From NCBI GenBank assembly GCA_032718475.1, contig JAUCBJ010000629.1, positions 34,550 through 98,549 on the forward strand: DNA of 64,000 nucleotides. Direction: 5' to 3'. A model generated the notes under the pieces. The model had not been told where the DNA came from and did not search any database. It was given only the letters and a program-made list of their open reading frames with translations. Origin of the DNA: Nemertoderma westbladi (Eukaryota; Animalia; Xenacoelomorpha). The position numbers and the translations under genes were made by a program. This document shows positions 37,388-51,100 of this stretch, piece by piece. Each line of letters starts with the position of its first letter. The stretch's first letter is position 1.

Positions 37388-39485
37388 CCTGCTTTGACAG
37401 CTTCACACTACAGCTGAGCAACAGGTATGAGGCTCTTGCCTCTGAGGCGGCAGATCACTGTGAGGGCTATACTGCCTTTACAGAAGCAGTTAAGTTAGCA
37501 GCTGCAGAAACAGTTCCTGTATACCCTCGAAACAGGAAAAGGGCCCCCTGGACTGACAACAAAATTCAGAAGTGCCGAAATGACCTTCATAAGGCGCAGA
37601 AAGAGTCCCGACTCAAACAGACTACAGCGGCCAAGAATGCAGTTAAGGCTGCATCTAGGTCCCTGAACAGGCAGTACTCTGCTAATCTACAGGAGCTAAT
37701 AAACCAACAGGTTGATGCCATCAATGATGCTGACGACAGCAGGCAATCATCCCAGGCATGGAAATCGATCAATCTGCTTACTGGGCGGAAAAGCCAACCA
37801 ACCACCAAGGTTAAGGCTGAATCACCAGCCGATCGCCTCAATGGTTGGAAAGCCCACTTTGAAAAGCTCCTCAATAATGACAGGGTATTGCCTGATAACT
37901 TTATAGAAGTAAAAGTGTCTGAGTCCGTACTCCCAGATATTCCCATTGGCGATATCTCCTTTGCAGAAGTGAAGGCTGCTGCAAAGAGCATTAAGACCAA
38001 TCGTGCCAGTGGAGTAGATGGTATTCCCCCTGAAGTCTTTAAAATACCTGAGTGTTTAAAGCTCATCTATCTCATCCTAGTAGACATGTACCGAACAACA
38101 AGAGTCCCACAAGAAATGAAAACAAATAAGTTGGTGCCAGTTCCCAAGAAGGGCAACCTAACACTCTATGGTTCTTTTCGGGGAATCTCATTGATCTCGA
38201 TTGCTGCAAAGCTATACAATAGGATTCTATTAAATCGCATCAGGGATCCCATTGAGAGACTGCTCCGTGGAAATCAGAATGGGTTCCGTAAAGGTCGTGG
38301 GACCATGGAGCCCATTTTGGCACTTAGAAGGATAATTGAAGAGTTATCAAAAAAGAAAGACAGGCATCTGGCTGTTATTTTTGTTGACTTCTTCAAGGCC
38401 TTTGATTCAGTCTCTCGCTCACGTATGTTCAGCATACTTTCATTATATGGGATTCCTGATGAAATTATTGCAGCAATCAGATCAGTATACGATGGTTCGA
38501 CAACATTTGTGTCTACTGTTGATGGTGACACAGAACCATTTGAAGTGTTATGGGGCGTCCTCCAAGGAGACACACTTGCACCATTCTTGTTCATTATTGT
38601 GGTTGACTATGTTCTACGTATGTCCTTAGATCATTATAATGATGATGGGGTGATGATAACTCCACCTACTGGCTCCAGAAGTCGAGGAAATCCTGCCAAG
38701 TACCTAACTGATCTAGACTTTGCTGATGACTTAGGAGTACTCTCAGAATCATTAGAGGGAGCCCAACGGCTCCTCAGCTCATTAGAACATGATGCTTCTA
38801 GTGTTGGTCTTTTTATTAACTCCAGAAAGACCAAAATTCTGACAGTTAACTTTGAAAGTCCTCAGCAAGTCTCTGATCGGATGAGCATAAGCTCAAAGGA
38901 TGGTATGCTTGAGCATGTGGACGACTTCTGTTACCTGGGATCATGGATCCGGAAGTCAGGTGAGGACCTTCGAATACGTAAGGGAAAGGCATGGGCAGCC
39001 TTGAATAGGCTTTCCAGGATTTGGAAGTCACCGAGAATTAATCGGAAACTTAAGGTCGGATTATTTAGAGCAGCAGTAGTTCCAGTACTCCTCTATGGGA
39101 GTCCATGCTGGGCTCTAACTGCTGAGGACACCAAATCTCTGGATGGCACATTCACAAGAATGCTACGCCGGGTTCATTGTGTCAAGTACAATGCACACAT
39201 CTCCAACCAGACACTATATAACATTGGAGGTGTCTCATTGGTTCCCCCAAACTTGACACTAGAACAAAATCGCCTCCGCTTTGCAGGAAATTGCTTTCGC
39301 CGTGAGGACCAGCCAGTGCATAATCTTGTACTTTGGCAGCCTCATGGAGTGAATAAGCATGGTGGACAGCCCATGACTTTCTTGAGACGCATCTTAAAGG
39401 ACACTGGCCTTGAAGATGCGGATGATCTAGCAAATGTCATGGGTGATAGGGAGTTGTGGCGGTGCAATTTTGTTGACAAGCCGGC
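37388..39485 (+). mobile_element. RTE-clade LINE segment (linker + reverse transcriptase), open frame, truncated at both ends
   Basis: The frame of ORF 37888..39516 is open back to ~37388 (FTLQLSNRYEAL...); RT motifs QNGFRKGR, FVDFFKAFDSV, GVLQGDTLAP, FADD and FCYLGS. No endonuclease and no 3' UTR/tail. Flanked by GGA on both sides. Confidence 0.9.
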
Positions 39486-39924
39486 GGAAATAGAAGACAG
39501 CCCAACAGCTCCGTAATCCGAGGATCAAGGAAAGGAAAGATCAGGTTCCCTGAGTGTGCGCGTTGCTCCTCCATCAACTCGCGCCCCGAGGATGACAGCT
39601 GTATGGAAGGCCCATATACATATTGGACGGCTATTACCGGACGTTACAAGTCTGGAAATTAGTGAGTACCTACGATCAGAAGGTATCAAATTCGATCAAT
39701 TCAATCAAATCAATTCTGATCAACCTTACCAAAGTTTTAACATTACTGCCGACCAAGCAGACAGGAGCTCGATAATGGACCCGATGTTATGGGAACAAGG
39801 TGTAACTGTGCGCAACTATCTTCTCGCCAGAAATGACCGCGAGACCTTGGGTATCCCCCGACGCTCCTCCCGTTTAATCGCTCCAACTGTTGATCGACGT
39901 GATGATACTGAAAATGTAGACTGA
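39486..39924 (+). CDS. LINE ORF1, C-terminal part (one apparent 1-nt frameshift near 39537)
   Basis: GNRRQPNSSVIRGSRK, then RSGSLSVRVAP...HIGRLLPDVT...YQSFNI...LWEQGVTVRNY, an RRM-like ORF1 C-terminus with the W..GV.VR motif. Confidence 0.75.
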
Positions 39925-42717
39925 CTAGATATCAAAGTTACTCTATGGAACATCGAAGGACTAAAGTACATAACTGATAACATTGGAAATTTTAATCATG
40001 ATATATACCAAAATTCAGATGTTATTCTTCTTACTGAAACCTTTTCTACTGACCTCGAGTTCCCAAATGTATCTTATTATTGTTACCCAAAACCAGCAAA
40101 GAAGCCATTACGGGGCCGCCCTATCGGTGGTATTTTGGCAATATGCAAACCGAAACTGGACCCAAAGTATATTGCATCAGATGATAACTATGTTGTGATA
40201 AAAACTGCTGCTGCCTTCATCCTAGTCTTTTACTTCCACCCTGACTTCAGTACCGAAGAAATAATTCTAGACGTTAGCCTCGGATTAATACACACTTCAC
40301 CCAATCTTCCAATTATAATTGGAGGGGATTTTAACTGCCGGATAGACCAGGGTTCCCGTGGTTCTGACCTGACAGATAGCTTAGAGAGTATTGGTTTTAT
40401 CTTAATCAATGATCCCTTGGAACATACATACATTTCCCCCCAAGGGGTAAGCACCATTGATTTATTTTTTGTTAAGATTATAACCCCAATGAGCCCACCT
40501 CCGTTTACCCTTATTGATGTGAACCCTATCAGAAAACACCAACTTGTTGTGCTGTCCCTCACCTTACCTGGTTCCACTACAGTACCAAATATTCGCCCAG
40601 AACTACCTTCGCGCAACTTAAAAATAACTAAACTGAAAGACAATCCTCTTCTTACTACGATACAGGATCTTTTAACAGAAAGTAGTAACATAGATGAGGC
40701 AAACCGTCTTCTTGCAAAAGTTTTTGCTGACTCTACTATTCCGAAGCAAGTGAACTACAATCATCATGGCAAATTGTGGTTTGACAATGAGTGCCGCTTA
40801 CTCAAATCACAGGTTATGATACTTTTTTATAACAGGGAAATCTCAGAACACGACAAGGATCTTTACTGGAATGAAAGAAAAGTTTACAAGAAACTCCTCA
40901 AATCAAAGCGACTGAAGCACGAGGAAAAATGTTTACTCGACAAAATTGCAAAAGCTGAGATTACTCCATGGACTCTGACAAAAGAATGTAAACCAAATCA
41001 CGTAGCCCCAATAGCGATGGATGTACTGGAATCTCATTTTGAAAATCTTCTAAGTAAATCAAAAGACCCTCCGAATATACCGCGTATTCCAGAGACATCA
41101 ACTGCTGAATTAGAAAACAACGAATGGTACAACAGTCCTATAACTCGTGAAGAAGTTGAGGCTGCAATTAAACACACAGGAAATCGTAAAGCATGTGGTT
41201 CAAATAATATATACTACGAACACTTGAAACACTCTTTGCCTCTAATCCTACATATTTTGGTACTCCTCTTTAATACCTGCTTAAATATTGGTTCGCTTCC
41301 ACGTACTTGGATGTATAGTATTGTCAAGATACTCTATAAAGGTAGAGGTGCGATCACATTGCCAGATAATTACCGTGGGATTGCACTCCTCAGCGTTTTA
41401 TTAAAGATCTTTACTTCTATATTAAACAAACGGATATTAAATAAAATCCGCTGGTTGATACCCGAAGAGCAGTTTGGATTTCTACCTGGTAAATCAACTC
41501 TGGATGCATTAAATCGATTGATCTCTGACATAAATTCATTGATTGACGCGAATGGTAAAGTTTATGTTGTATTTGTTGATTTCCGAAAGGCTTTTGACTC
41601 CATCAGTCGGAAAATTTATCTTAACAAGCTGTTCAACGATTTCGGTGTTAAAGGCAAACTTTACAATGTTATCAAGTATCTTCTAAATGCAAACTACATC
41701 CAGGTGTTTGAAGGTCTTCGCCTTTCAAAGAAAATACGCCAGATTATCGGATTCCTACAAGGGGACTGTTTCTCCCCAACGAGTTTCATTTTGTATATCG
41801 CCGACCTTGTTGTTGCTTTGCGGTCAGCTACTGCCTTCTTGAAATCTATATTTTTCGCCGATGATTTAGCCTTCTACTCATCAAACCCCAAAGAGATCCA
41901 AGATAGTTTAAATAACCTTCGTAAATGGTGCAAAGATAATGCTCTTAAGGTGAATCTCGTTAAAACAAAAATTGTTAAATTTCGAAGAGGAGGCTGTTTA
42001 GCACTCTATGATAACTTCTATTATGATGGCCAACTGGTAAAGATATGCGATAAATATGAGTATTTGGGTGTAGTACTCCAGCCTACTTTGACGTTCACGA
42101 AACACATAAAAGCAAAGAAAGAAAAAGCCTACGCTGCCATTGGCTGCCTGAAAAATCTCCATCTAGTCTCCGTGGAAACGGGAATCAAAATTTTTAAGAT
42201 GAAAATCGCCCCTATGGCATCTTACGCCCTCTCGGAAATAGGATCCAAACTTACACTACCTCAACTAAAAGAATTGGATAAAATTAAATCTACCTTTCTT
42301 AAACGGCTCCTTGGACTCCATATTTATTCATCATCAACTCTGCTTTAAAATTAACTCATCAAGAAACCTTCACAAACGACATCCTTCTAACATCACCAGG
42401 TATTTTCAGCGCTGAAATTCTAGAACAATACATCATCTTCAGATCGGATCGAATATGCAAATTTCATTACTGAGAATTACAATTTAGGACCGGCCTTCAC
42501 TTCAACAACATGGACTCGCAGTAACCAAAGAAACAGGCACCTCATAACAAGAACGACATCTCACGGTTTTCACTATAAACTCTGCAACAATTCAACTTTC
42601 CACACCCCGTGTCCGGACTGCACCTGTAAATTTTGTCAAAACTCAGCCAGCGATCGTTACCACGCCCTATCGTGTCCTCAATGTCCGCCTATCGCCACCT
42701 TATCTATCATCCCATAA
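39925..42717 (+). CDS. LINE ORF2: AP endonuclease + reverse transcriptase + C-terminal CCHC finger; no AUG start; two frameshifts after 42340
   Basis: Open from 39925: LDIKVTLWNIEGL...ILLTETF...GRPIGG...GGDFNCR...TIDL (APE); QFGF, FVDFRKAFDSI, LQGD, FADD, YEYLG (RT); shifted tail ends CKFC...H...C, stop at 42715-42717. Confidence 0.9.
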
Positions 42718-44365
42718 AACTACATTTTAAAACGTGCTTTTTTAAACTCTCATACCGGTAATATTTTAATGTACATATTTAATTATTTCATTTACTCCGT
42801 CTGTGAATTTGGAGTGTATAGAATAACCTCTAATTACTCGTTTTTTTAACGTGTGATTATCTACTTTTTCAATTTGTATAAATAAATAACCCTTGTCATA
42901 GAAGGATTTAATGGCGCGCAAATTCAATGACTGTAATATACCCGTTAGTAATTTATTAATAATCAAATAAATAAAATTTAAATTTTTTTAAGAAAACTAC
43001 TAGGTTATAGAAGTGGCGGTGTTTTCTAACCAAAACAATATACGTATTCCTCTCTGTACCAACATCAACATCCGCCACTATCTGTACCAACATCTCTTAC
43101 CCCCCCCCCCCCCCCCCCCCATTGTGTTATTTTTTATTTTTTTATATCTCCAATGTGGTTGAAAAATGCATAGAAAACGATATACCATTGGAAAGAGAAT
43201 GAACTAAAGTAAATAAAATTTGTAAAAAAATTTTTGGTGCCCCTTAGCGGCTAGCGTGAGATTTAAAAAATTTCGCTAAAAAGATTAATCCTACATTATT
43301 TTCCAATTTTATTTTTCAATATTTTTCGACTACTTTTAGTGGAAAACAACAGAAACAACAGCTGAAGGTAACACACCACCGAGCTAAACTTATATTTGCG
43401 GGGATTTTTGGGGTCGCTGATTTCATTTCCGATGTCAATTTTAATTTTTGGTGGAATCTAGTCTGTCCGTCAGTCTTACATGTTGACAGACAGATTGGCA
43501 GACAGATTTTCCACGATAACTCAATAACTAAAAGATATCTCTGTAAGCAGTTTCCAGATTTGAAATTCCCATTAAATTGTTGTCTGGATTCATTAAAAGA
43601 ATATTTTATTACATTTTTATCCGTGGGGTCCCCCCCCCACTTAAAAGTGCTCAAATATATATTCAGAATGTTATACGCCTGTTAAGTTCTGCCTAAATCA
43701 TTGACCTTTTTGCCATGGTAGCTCATGATTTACTTAATTCATATCAGTAAATTTCAATGATAACGGCATAATATTAATCTGAATCTACATACCCAAGGCG
43801 TTTCGATAAACATTTTATCATTCTACATTGAACCCAAAAGAATTTATGTTTAATAGCAAAGAAAGCAGCCCAATTAAATTCCAGTGGGAAACATAATACT
43901 GCCATGCTGACGGGTATTTTTGTCCTAATAATGCATTATTATTTTCTGCATGAATTGGAATTGTCATTTAATCATATTTCCAAGGACAGAAGTCTGAATG
44001 TATAGCTGATGCGATTCACGGAAAAATTTCACTGCAAATTCTTCTTGAGTATTAAGTTGTCGTTGTGAAGAAAGCGAAGGTTATGGTTTCATTATTCTGT
44101 TATTGAAGGAGTGGTGGATGCCAACTCAATTATAAATCAAATGAGTTCGTTTATTCTAAATTGCGATATTATAAGAAACCTGACGCCTATTAAACGGCAG
44201 TGGGTTGTGGCCGAGTAGTGGGTTGTGGGTGCCTGGAAAGTAGTGAGAACGAGTCCTTGCCCTCGGGTTAATCATAATAAACTACTTTCGGAATCAGAAA
44301 CTCACTCTAGATTTACTGAGTAGTATTTCAGCCAACAGGCCTTTATCTTGGTACGAACTAAAATA

Positions 44366-44520
44366 CTGAACCAGCTGAAACCACCTGAAACCAGCTGAAA
44401 CCACCTGAAACCAGCAGTAAACCACCTAAAACCAGCTGAAACCACCTGAAACCAGCAGTAAACCACCTGAAACCAGCTGAAACCACCTGAAACCAGCAGT
44501 AAACCACCTGAAACCAGCTG
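44366..44520. repeat. 10-11-bp minisatellite (AAACCA(G/C)CTG / AAACCAGCAGT)
   Basis: About 15 alternating units visible directly. Confidence 0.9.
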
Positions 44521-44539
44521 TGAAAACCAATATATATAA

Positions 44540-45453
44540 TATTAGTTTCTAGGGGAACTCAGCTGGGAACCAGGGGTGCTTGCTTTGCTACCTTACATCC
44601 TAGACACTAACTTAGATCCTGGGCTTTATCTAGTGGTGTGACTTTGGATCTAAGACACGGTCTTAGATCCTTGGTGTGATATTACTGATTCGACCTTAGA
44701 TCCTAGATGCGAACTTAGATCCTGGGTGCAACCTAGTGGTGTGACCACATAGATCCTAGATGCGAATTTAGATTCTAGATGCGAACTTAGATCCTGGTGG
44801 CAATCATAGATCCTAAATGCGAATTTAGATCCTGGGTGCGATCTACAGGTGCGACCTTGATTGTAGCACACCTACCCTGTAATATGGCTAATTATTTTTA
44901 CAGTATGAAGCCTACCGTATGTACAGTCAGACAGTGTGCGGTGCCGGCAGACTGATCTGTATGTAATGTACTGATGTAGTGTGCGTACGAATGCAGGGTA
45001 TGAACAGAACATACAGACATCAGATGCTATTCCTGTATTCCAGAGATGCTAGCCAGTACAGATGCTAAGACAGGTTAATGCCACTACTGCTGAACTGTAC
45101 TGCTGTACTAGGCCTACCGTAATTGTTGTAATATAGCCAAACTGCTGAACTGCCAAGAATTGCAGTTCTCAAGAAGAATCAGAATCACAAGATATAAGTT
45201 AGTATCTATTTTCTCATGGTCTAAAGTTCGCGTGTAGGATCTTAGTTCGGATCTAAGTAAGGATCTGAGACAATCGTAAGGATCTAAGTTCGCATCTAGG
45301 ATCTAAGGCCGAATCAGTAATATCACACCAAGGATCTAAGGCCATGTCTAAGATCCAAAGTTTCACAACTAGATAGAGCCCAGGATCTAAGTTCGTGTCT
45401 AGGACCTAAGGTAGCACCCCTGGTTCCCAGCCGAGTTTCCCTAGAAACTAATA
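44540..45453. mobile_element. MITE with ~180-bp TIRs
   Basis: TATTAGTTTCTAGGG...GAACCAGGGGTGCT...TTAGATCCT is mirrored at 45278-45453; internal TTAGATCCTAGATGCGAA subrepeats; terminal TA may be the TSD. Confidence 0.85.
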
Positions 45454-46561
45454 CAGTAATATTATTGCTTTCAATTCAGAATATATCACACAACCGATTC
45501 CGAAACTAGTTTATTAAAATAGCGTTAGTCACCACTGCGCCAAACCGCGTCAAGGTTAGGTTGGTTAACAGAGATACACAAAACTGTATCATGCTGTTAC
45601 CCCCCCCCCCCCCCCCCCCCCACCCACATTCAATATATTTCAGTATTCCATTATCTTCACTGACAAACAATAACATGATGCAAACAAAGCCACTACTATT
45701 CGCCTTGCTGCCGCCCCACCATTGGTGCCTTGCTGCCTCGCCAGACTTAACTGGCTGGATGAACCCGTATCCGGCTGCAGGATCAACGCCTTGCCCCCCC
45801 CCCCCCCCCCCCCACCCTGACACGGAAACTCTATGATAAACAGTTTCGCACCGCTATCGCTACGAGACTGGGGTGTAAATCGGACGGCTCAGATTCACTG
45901 GCTCTGATTCCAGTTGCTATGGCCGGCATACCCGCCACGCGATGGTAAACGATATCATTAGACGGCCGCTGTTGTTAGTGCTGTCTCGGTCTTGGGGACT
46001 GCCGCCACACTATCGCCATAACGTGAAAAAAAATTAAAAAAAAAACAATTACCAATTGAGGGAAAAAAGTAAACAAGAATAAAGAGAAAAAATAAAATAA
46101 AATTAAGTACATGGGGCGCGGGGGGGGGGGGGGGGGGTTGGGAAATTCTTGGGTGTAGCAGGAATGGGGTGGGGGAAGGGGGAGGGGGCGTGGAGGTGGG
46201 GATTTAATAGGAATACCCAGACGAAACCCTTTTGACAGCCATTGTATACAATAGATTACAATTATATAATGTATGTATCTCACTTTCGGAAACCCGCATG
46301 ACGTATTCCAGGAAATTCTGCTTTTCATTAGGATTACATTACCTCATTAGTATTTAACAGCGACCAAAAATAGTAAGAGGATGACAGTCTAGACACCCGG
46401 TAAACGTGATTATTAGACGTTTATTAAATACCGCAATAAGGCCTTACGTAATTTAGGATTCAATATCTTATGAATTTTACTAATAATTCGATAGTACTTA
46501 CTGTCTAGGCCTCCTGTTACAACATCTCAATGTGTAGTAAGCCACAGTAGGCATGTTAAAA

Positions 46562-47343
46562 TCTAATATATATAAATATCGATTGTCTGTCTGTGTGTGT
46601 GTTTGTCATCGGCTATACAATCGAACCCATCTCAATGAAATCTCGCTTGCTATAGCTCGTTAGAAAGGTCTCGCCCTAACTTGTTGCAACATAATATTCA
46701 GAGCCGTCTGAAGTTTGCCCGTCTGCCGCTAGAGGGCGATTTTCGTGATTTTCGGGCGAAATTTATCGAATTATTTCGGTTCTTCTATCAGTAATTAATG
46801 ATTTAGAGGGGTAACATTTATCCCACCTGGTATAATATTAACATGGGTAGATTCGCCGTGTCCCATTCTCACAAAGTTTTTATTTTATTCGAGTGTTTAA
46901 TATAAATATGTATGATTATTTATTGAGTAAAAATCAAATAGTGTGTCGCAGAGTTGTATACAGTTCCCCCATCTGCCGCTAGAGGGTGAAATGTCTGAAT
47001 GTGAACATCTACACCAATTTTGTTATTTACAATCTGTTTAAGCTGAAAATTGAAAGGCAGGCATTTTACTTCACCATAAACCCCATCTTTACCAAACTGC
47101 AGCGCCGCCTGCATTTCACCAGTCCGCAGGTAGAGGGTGGATCTGAAAGTGATCATTTTCTGGAAATTGTGTTATTTACAATCTGCTTAAAGTTGAAACT
47201 TGACAGTTATCTCTTATGGGGGCGGTGTTTTATTTAATGATGGTGTCTGTTCCGTATGCAGTTCTCTAATCTCCCACACATATTCATATATCATCTGCAC
47301 GTGCACTAGAAAGCTGTGGCCCGAAGGGCCACAGGCTTTCTAG
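46562..47343 (+). mobile_element. Internally deleted family-B Helitron
   Basis: A|TCTAATATATATAAATATCG ... GTGGCCCGAAGGGCCACAGGCTTTCTAG|T; matches both ends of 17970-20162 but lacks most of the repeat array. Confidence 0.9.
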
Positions 47344-47880
47344 TAGGTTAAGAACTGTTAGTGTCCAATTTCTTCGCAGAGTCCTTTCTAACTTCTCTGG
47401 AGATTTAATGTCAAAGGGTCGAATTTGTCAAAGTGTCGAAATGTGAGTCAAAGGGTCGAAAAGACCTTTCAAAGGAGAAACAACTGAGACACAATATAAG
47501 GGATAGGAGCAGGTTCCAGAGTCGTCTTTTTCTAACCAAAATATTAAACGATGTTGTTACCAATTGAGGGAAAGGAGTAATAAAATGAAAACTATACCAT
47601 TTCGGCCCTTTGATTAGAAACTCCGGTAACGGTCCGGTCCGGTAACGTCCTGGAAGATTGCTATGGCTTCTCTAAAGGGTAAAAATATAAATAAATAAAA
47701 ACATCTACTGTATGAAACAAAACAATAAAATTGCCTCCAAAAAAATTTGCAGTAATAAACATTGGTTACTACATTATCAAATAATTATTACTAAAATATG
47801 GTGGCCTATATTAGAATAAGAAACAAATAGTAAAAAAATATTTCAAAAGGTAAAAAAATTGCATGTTGTTATGCATCAGA

Positions 47881-48185
47881 TGTAAGGGTTGGATCCCGAT
47901 GGGAATCAACACAATAAAGTATATAATATATCAGGTCAGTATATATTATCACAACTACTCTGAAAGAAAGGTAGGTGACTATTCTGATGTACCGGTAAGA
48001 TGGTACTGCCATGTAACACAGCCAGACTGAGGCCCCTCCGACAATGCGGTACCTATGGGGCCTTAGGTCTATTATCCACCACAATATATATATGCTAGAC
48101 CTAACGTCTGGCGTATAGGCTAGACCTAACGTCTGGCGTATAGGCTAGACCCAACGTCTGGCGTATACACTAGACCTAAGGTCTT
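47881..48185 (-). repeat. 3' LTR of the Gypsy element
   Basis: Direct repeat of 53177-53485; ends ...TTACA on the minus strand; contains three 25-bp GCTAGACCTAACGTCTGGCGTATAG repeats. Confidence 0.85.
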
Positions 48186-51100
48186 GCCCAATCTCTTTCA
48201 TTTTCGTTCACTTATGACCTCCTCATGTGAGAGATTTTCAAAACTGGTATGCAAAACTTTCAGTTTCAAACACTGCATAATGCAAACAGTAAGTATATGG
48301 TACTGGCATATAAGTAACATAAAACAACAATGACGCCAAGCAAAACTGCAGTTTCAAAGGATGCTAATGCACTTTGCATATAACTATGAAAAGAACTCGA
48401 AATGTAGAAATGTCCAGTCTAATGGGTTGGAAAGCTAGGGCAACTAACTATAATTAATGCAAAGGAATATTAAACAAAGCAACAACATCACTGCTATTCG
48501 AGAATAATAGATGTTTAACAACTTAATATGATACAATCCTGTCTGAGTCAATATCTCAGAGAATAAAGGGAATGGGAAATAATGGGAAATTGACTGAGGT
48601 GACGGTATACCTGGCGCTGGACGCTCATTATTAGGATCGAGTTCTGGGAGGCCAAATGCTGGGGGTTCGCGAGGTGTGCTACCACAGGGTGGCACTGGTG
48701 GGTCTTCATCGCTAGATTCTATTGATCGCGACTGTTGGTGGTTCTGGGTTCGTGTTTGATATTGGGGTACCAGGTAGCACTCTGAGCGGGGTACTCAGTA
48801 CGTTTGGGCACGAAGTTGGGAACCGAAAAATTTTCGGATGTTGATCCAATCATCAGTGACTGAAGATACAATGTATCTAGGGCGACCATGTAACTTTGAG
48901 CCGTCAGCATAGAGGTGAATTAAATCACCCACTTGTATCGGTTGGTGTATGGTGCGGCTGAGGAGGATGTTGCTGGAAGTCTGCACTTAGCTTTCATACT
49001 GGTGGAATGATTGGTTGCCTGGTTGCACTGTTGGTGAAGGATGAGGGCATCGTCATCGAGTGGTAGTTGGTCGCTGGTGAACTGATCACGTTGGTTGATA
49101 ATTTCATTTGCTGACAGATCACTGTGGCATATGCGTTGGTTCAGATTAGCAACAGCTAATCGATTGCTAGTGACACAGTGGAAAATGGGCCCCCAGAGGG
49201 GTGTAGGTGGAGTAGTTCTTCCTCATGTTCGGCGACAGGATTCTTGTTGGGGTTCTTCGGTCTGCCTATTTCCAACCGTATTCGATGGGAGAGGAGGATG
49301 TGGTCATTATTGCGTAGTGCATTGAACCCTGGAGCTGGATCAACGCGAATAACGGTGGGGGGGGGGGGGGGGGGGGGCATAACGGTTGGGGGCTCCTCAG
49401 ATGTCTGTTGAATGGGTCGGGGATTTCAGGGCGGTACATTGTGGGCACTCATCTACGCAAGCAGTCACTGTTGCATCAAGGTCAAGAGCCCAGAAGGAAC
49501 GATCGATAATTTTTCAGAGTGGGCTTTCAATGGGTGTTGTAATTCCAAATTAAGGGATGTTACCAGGCCATGTTGTGCGGAACGAGGTACCACAATGAGG
49601 TTGCATGGCAATGACAGTGCATTATGACGGTGAACAACAAGGAGTCCATCACTTGTCACAGAGGTGCAGCCTAGGTAGCATTTGACATCGTGGCAATGGA
49701 CATCTTTCTTCGATGGACGCCTACCCTGTTGCAAATGGGCACATGCTCGTTTGATATCTGGGCATTCTGCCTGTGTGGCTAGCCATGCGCTGCGAGTGGT
49801 ATATAGTGGCTGGGGGTCATCAACAGTGATGGGTAGCGACTGTACAAGTGGTGAGTCACAGAGTTCATTGACAAAGGTACATACTTGGCACGACTGGTTG
49901 GGACATGGCTGGGTATTCCGGCTTTGGAAGTTGGCAGGCAAGTTGCATGTGCCCTGTATGTGAGAGACAGTAATATTATATTGGATCAGTGTGGCGAGGA
50001 AGGTAGTGAGCCGAGTTGTTATATGCCTGAACACAGGGTTTGCTGTCTCTGACAACATAGGGGGCAGTTGACGACTGTGTAATATATGGCACAAAATGGC
50101 TGACAGCGGCGGCGATGGCTAGGGATTCCATCTCGCAAGGTAACCAACTCTGTTGGTGTTGCCGCAGTTTAGCTGAGAAATAACCAGCAATGTGCAACTG
50201 AGCATCATGTTTAGCATATAGAATCGCATCAATGCCAGGGGTGTTGGATGCAGCATCGGTTACAATGAGTAATTAATCTGAGGGCCTTGGAATGGTGATG
50301 GACAAACTATCTTTAAGGCCAGCCTGTGCACGCCGGAATGCTGTGGAAGTGGGTTCATTCCACGCAACCGGGTCAAGGGATTGGTCAGTGAGGAATGTAT
50401 CAAGAGGAGCTATTAGAGCAGAACACTGAGGCAGGACACGTGATAACACCTTATACGAACCAATGAAGGAGCGCAGTACACATACTGTCATGGGCATGGG
50501 GCATGCAGCGAGTGTGGAAATGATGTGGGGTGATGTGGAGAGTAAACCTTGGGTCCACTTCCATCCCAAAATGGTCATGGATGCAGGGCAAATGACGGTT
50601 TTATGGGCAGACAACCGTAGGTCACAATGTTCTAGGGTGGATAACATAGTGTCAAAGTTAGTAGCAAGTTCCTGGGGTTATCCCCACCACAGTACAGATC
50701 GGCAGTGATTTTTGTGACACCACCATGAATGAGGAGGTCGCCAAGGACACATGTCATAAGTTCCTCAAGGGCTGTTTCTGAGCCCAGCATGCCCATGGCT
50801 GAACAAAGGTAGACACGGACACCACGGAAAGGGGTGACAACACCACAGAATTTATAGGAGTCTTGGCTGAGGGGAATCTGGTAAAATGCGCTTGTTAAGT
50901 CAGTTTTAATTAGGAACTTATACCGGCCAAGAGAGGAGATAGTGGAGTTCACATCAGGCAACAGGGAGGGTTGGGGTTTGGCATATTTAGCGACTTCGTT
51001 AAATGCAGTGACTAAGCGAGTGCCACCATTCGGTTTAGCAACAAGGAATGAGGGACTTAGGTACTCCACATGGGCACCAACACTTTCAGGAGTTGTGAAT

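Larger units (their letters stand above)
37037..42975 (+). mobile_element. Near full-length two-ORF non-LTR retrotransposon (RTEX/Proto2-like; clade tentative), interrupted by an RTE segment
   Basis: Split ORF1, ORF2 with APE-RT-CCHC, A-rich 3' end near 42965-42975. The 5' UTR lies upstream of 37037 but its boundary was not determined. Confidence 0.85.

Noticed and set aside
37037-42717. A functional two-RT gene system
   Set aside because: The RTE segment is out of frame with the upstream ORF1 half, disrupts ORF1 and has a free-standing relative at 57.5-58.3 kb; a nested or chimeric insertion is simpler unless the composite proves multicopy.
45506-46328. Pro/Gly-rich ORFs
   Set aside because: Produced by poly-C/poly-G homopolymer tracts; no coding signal.
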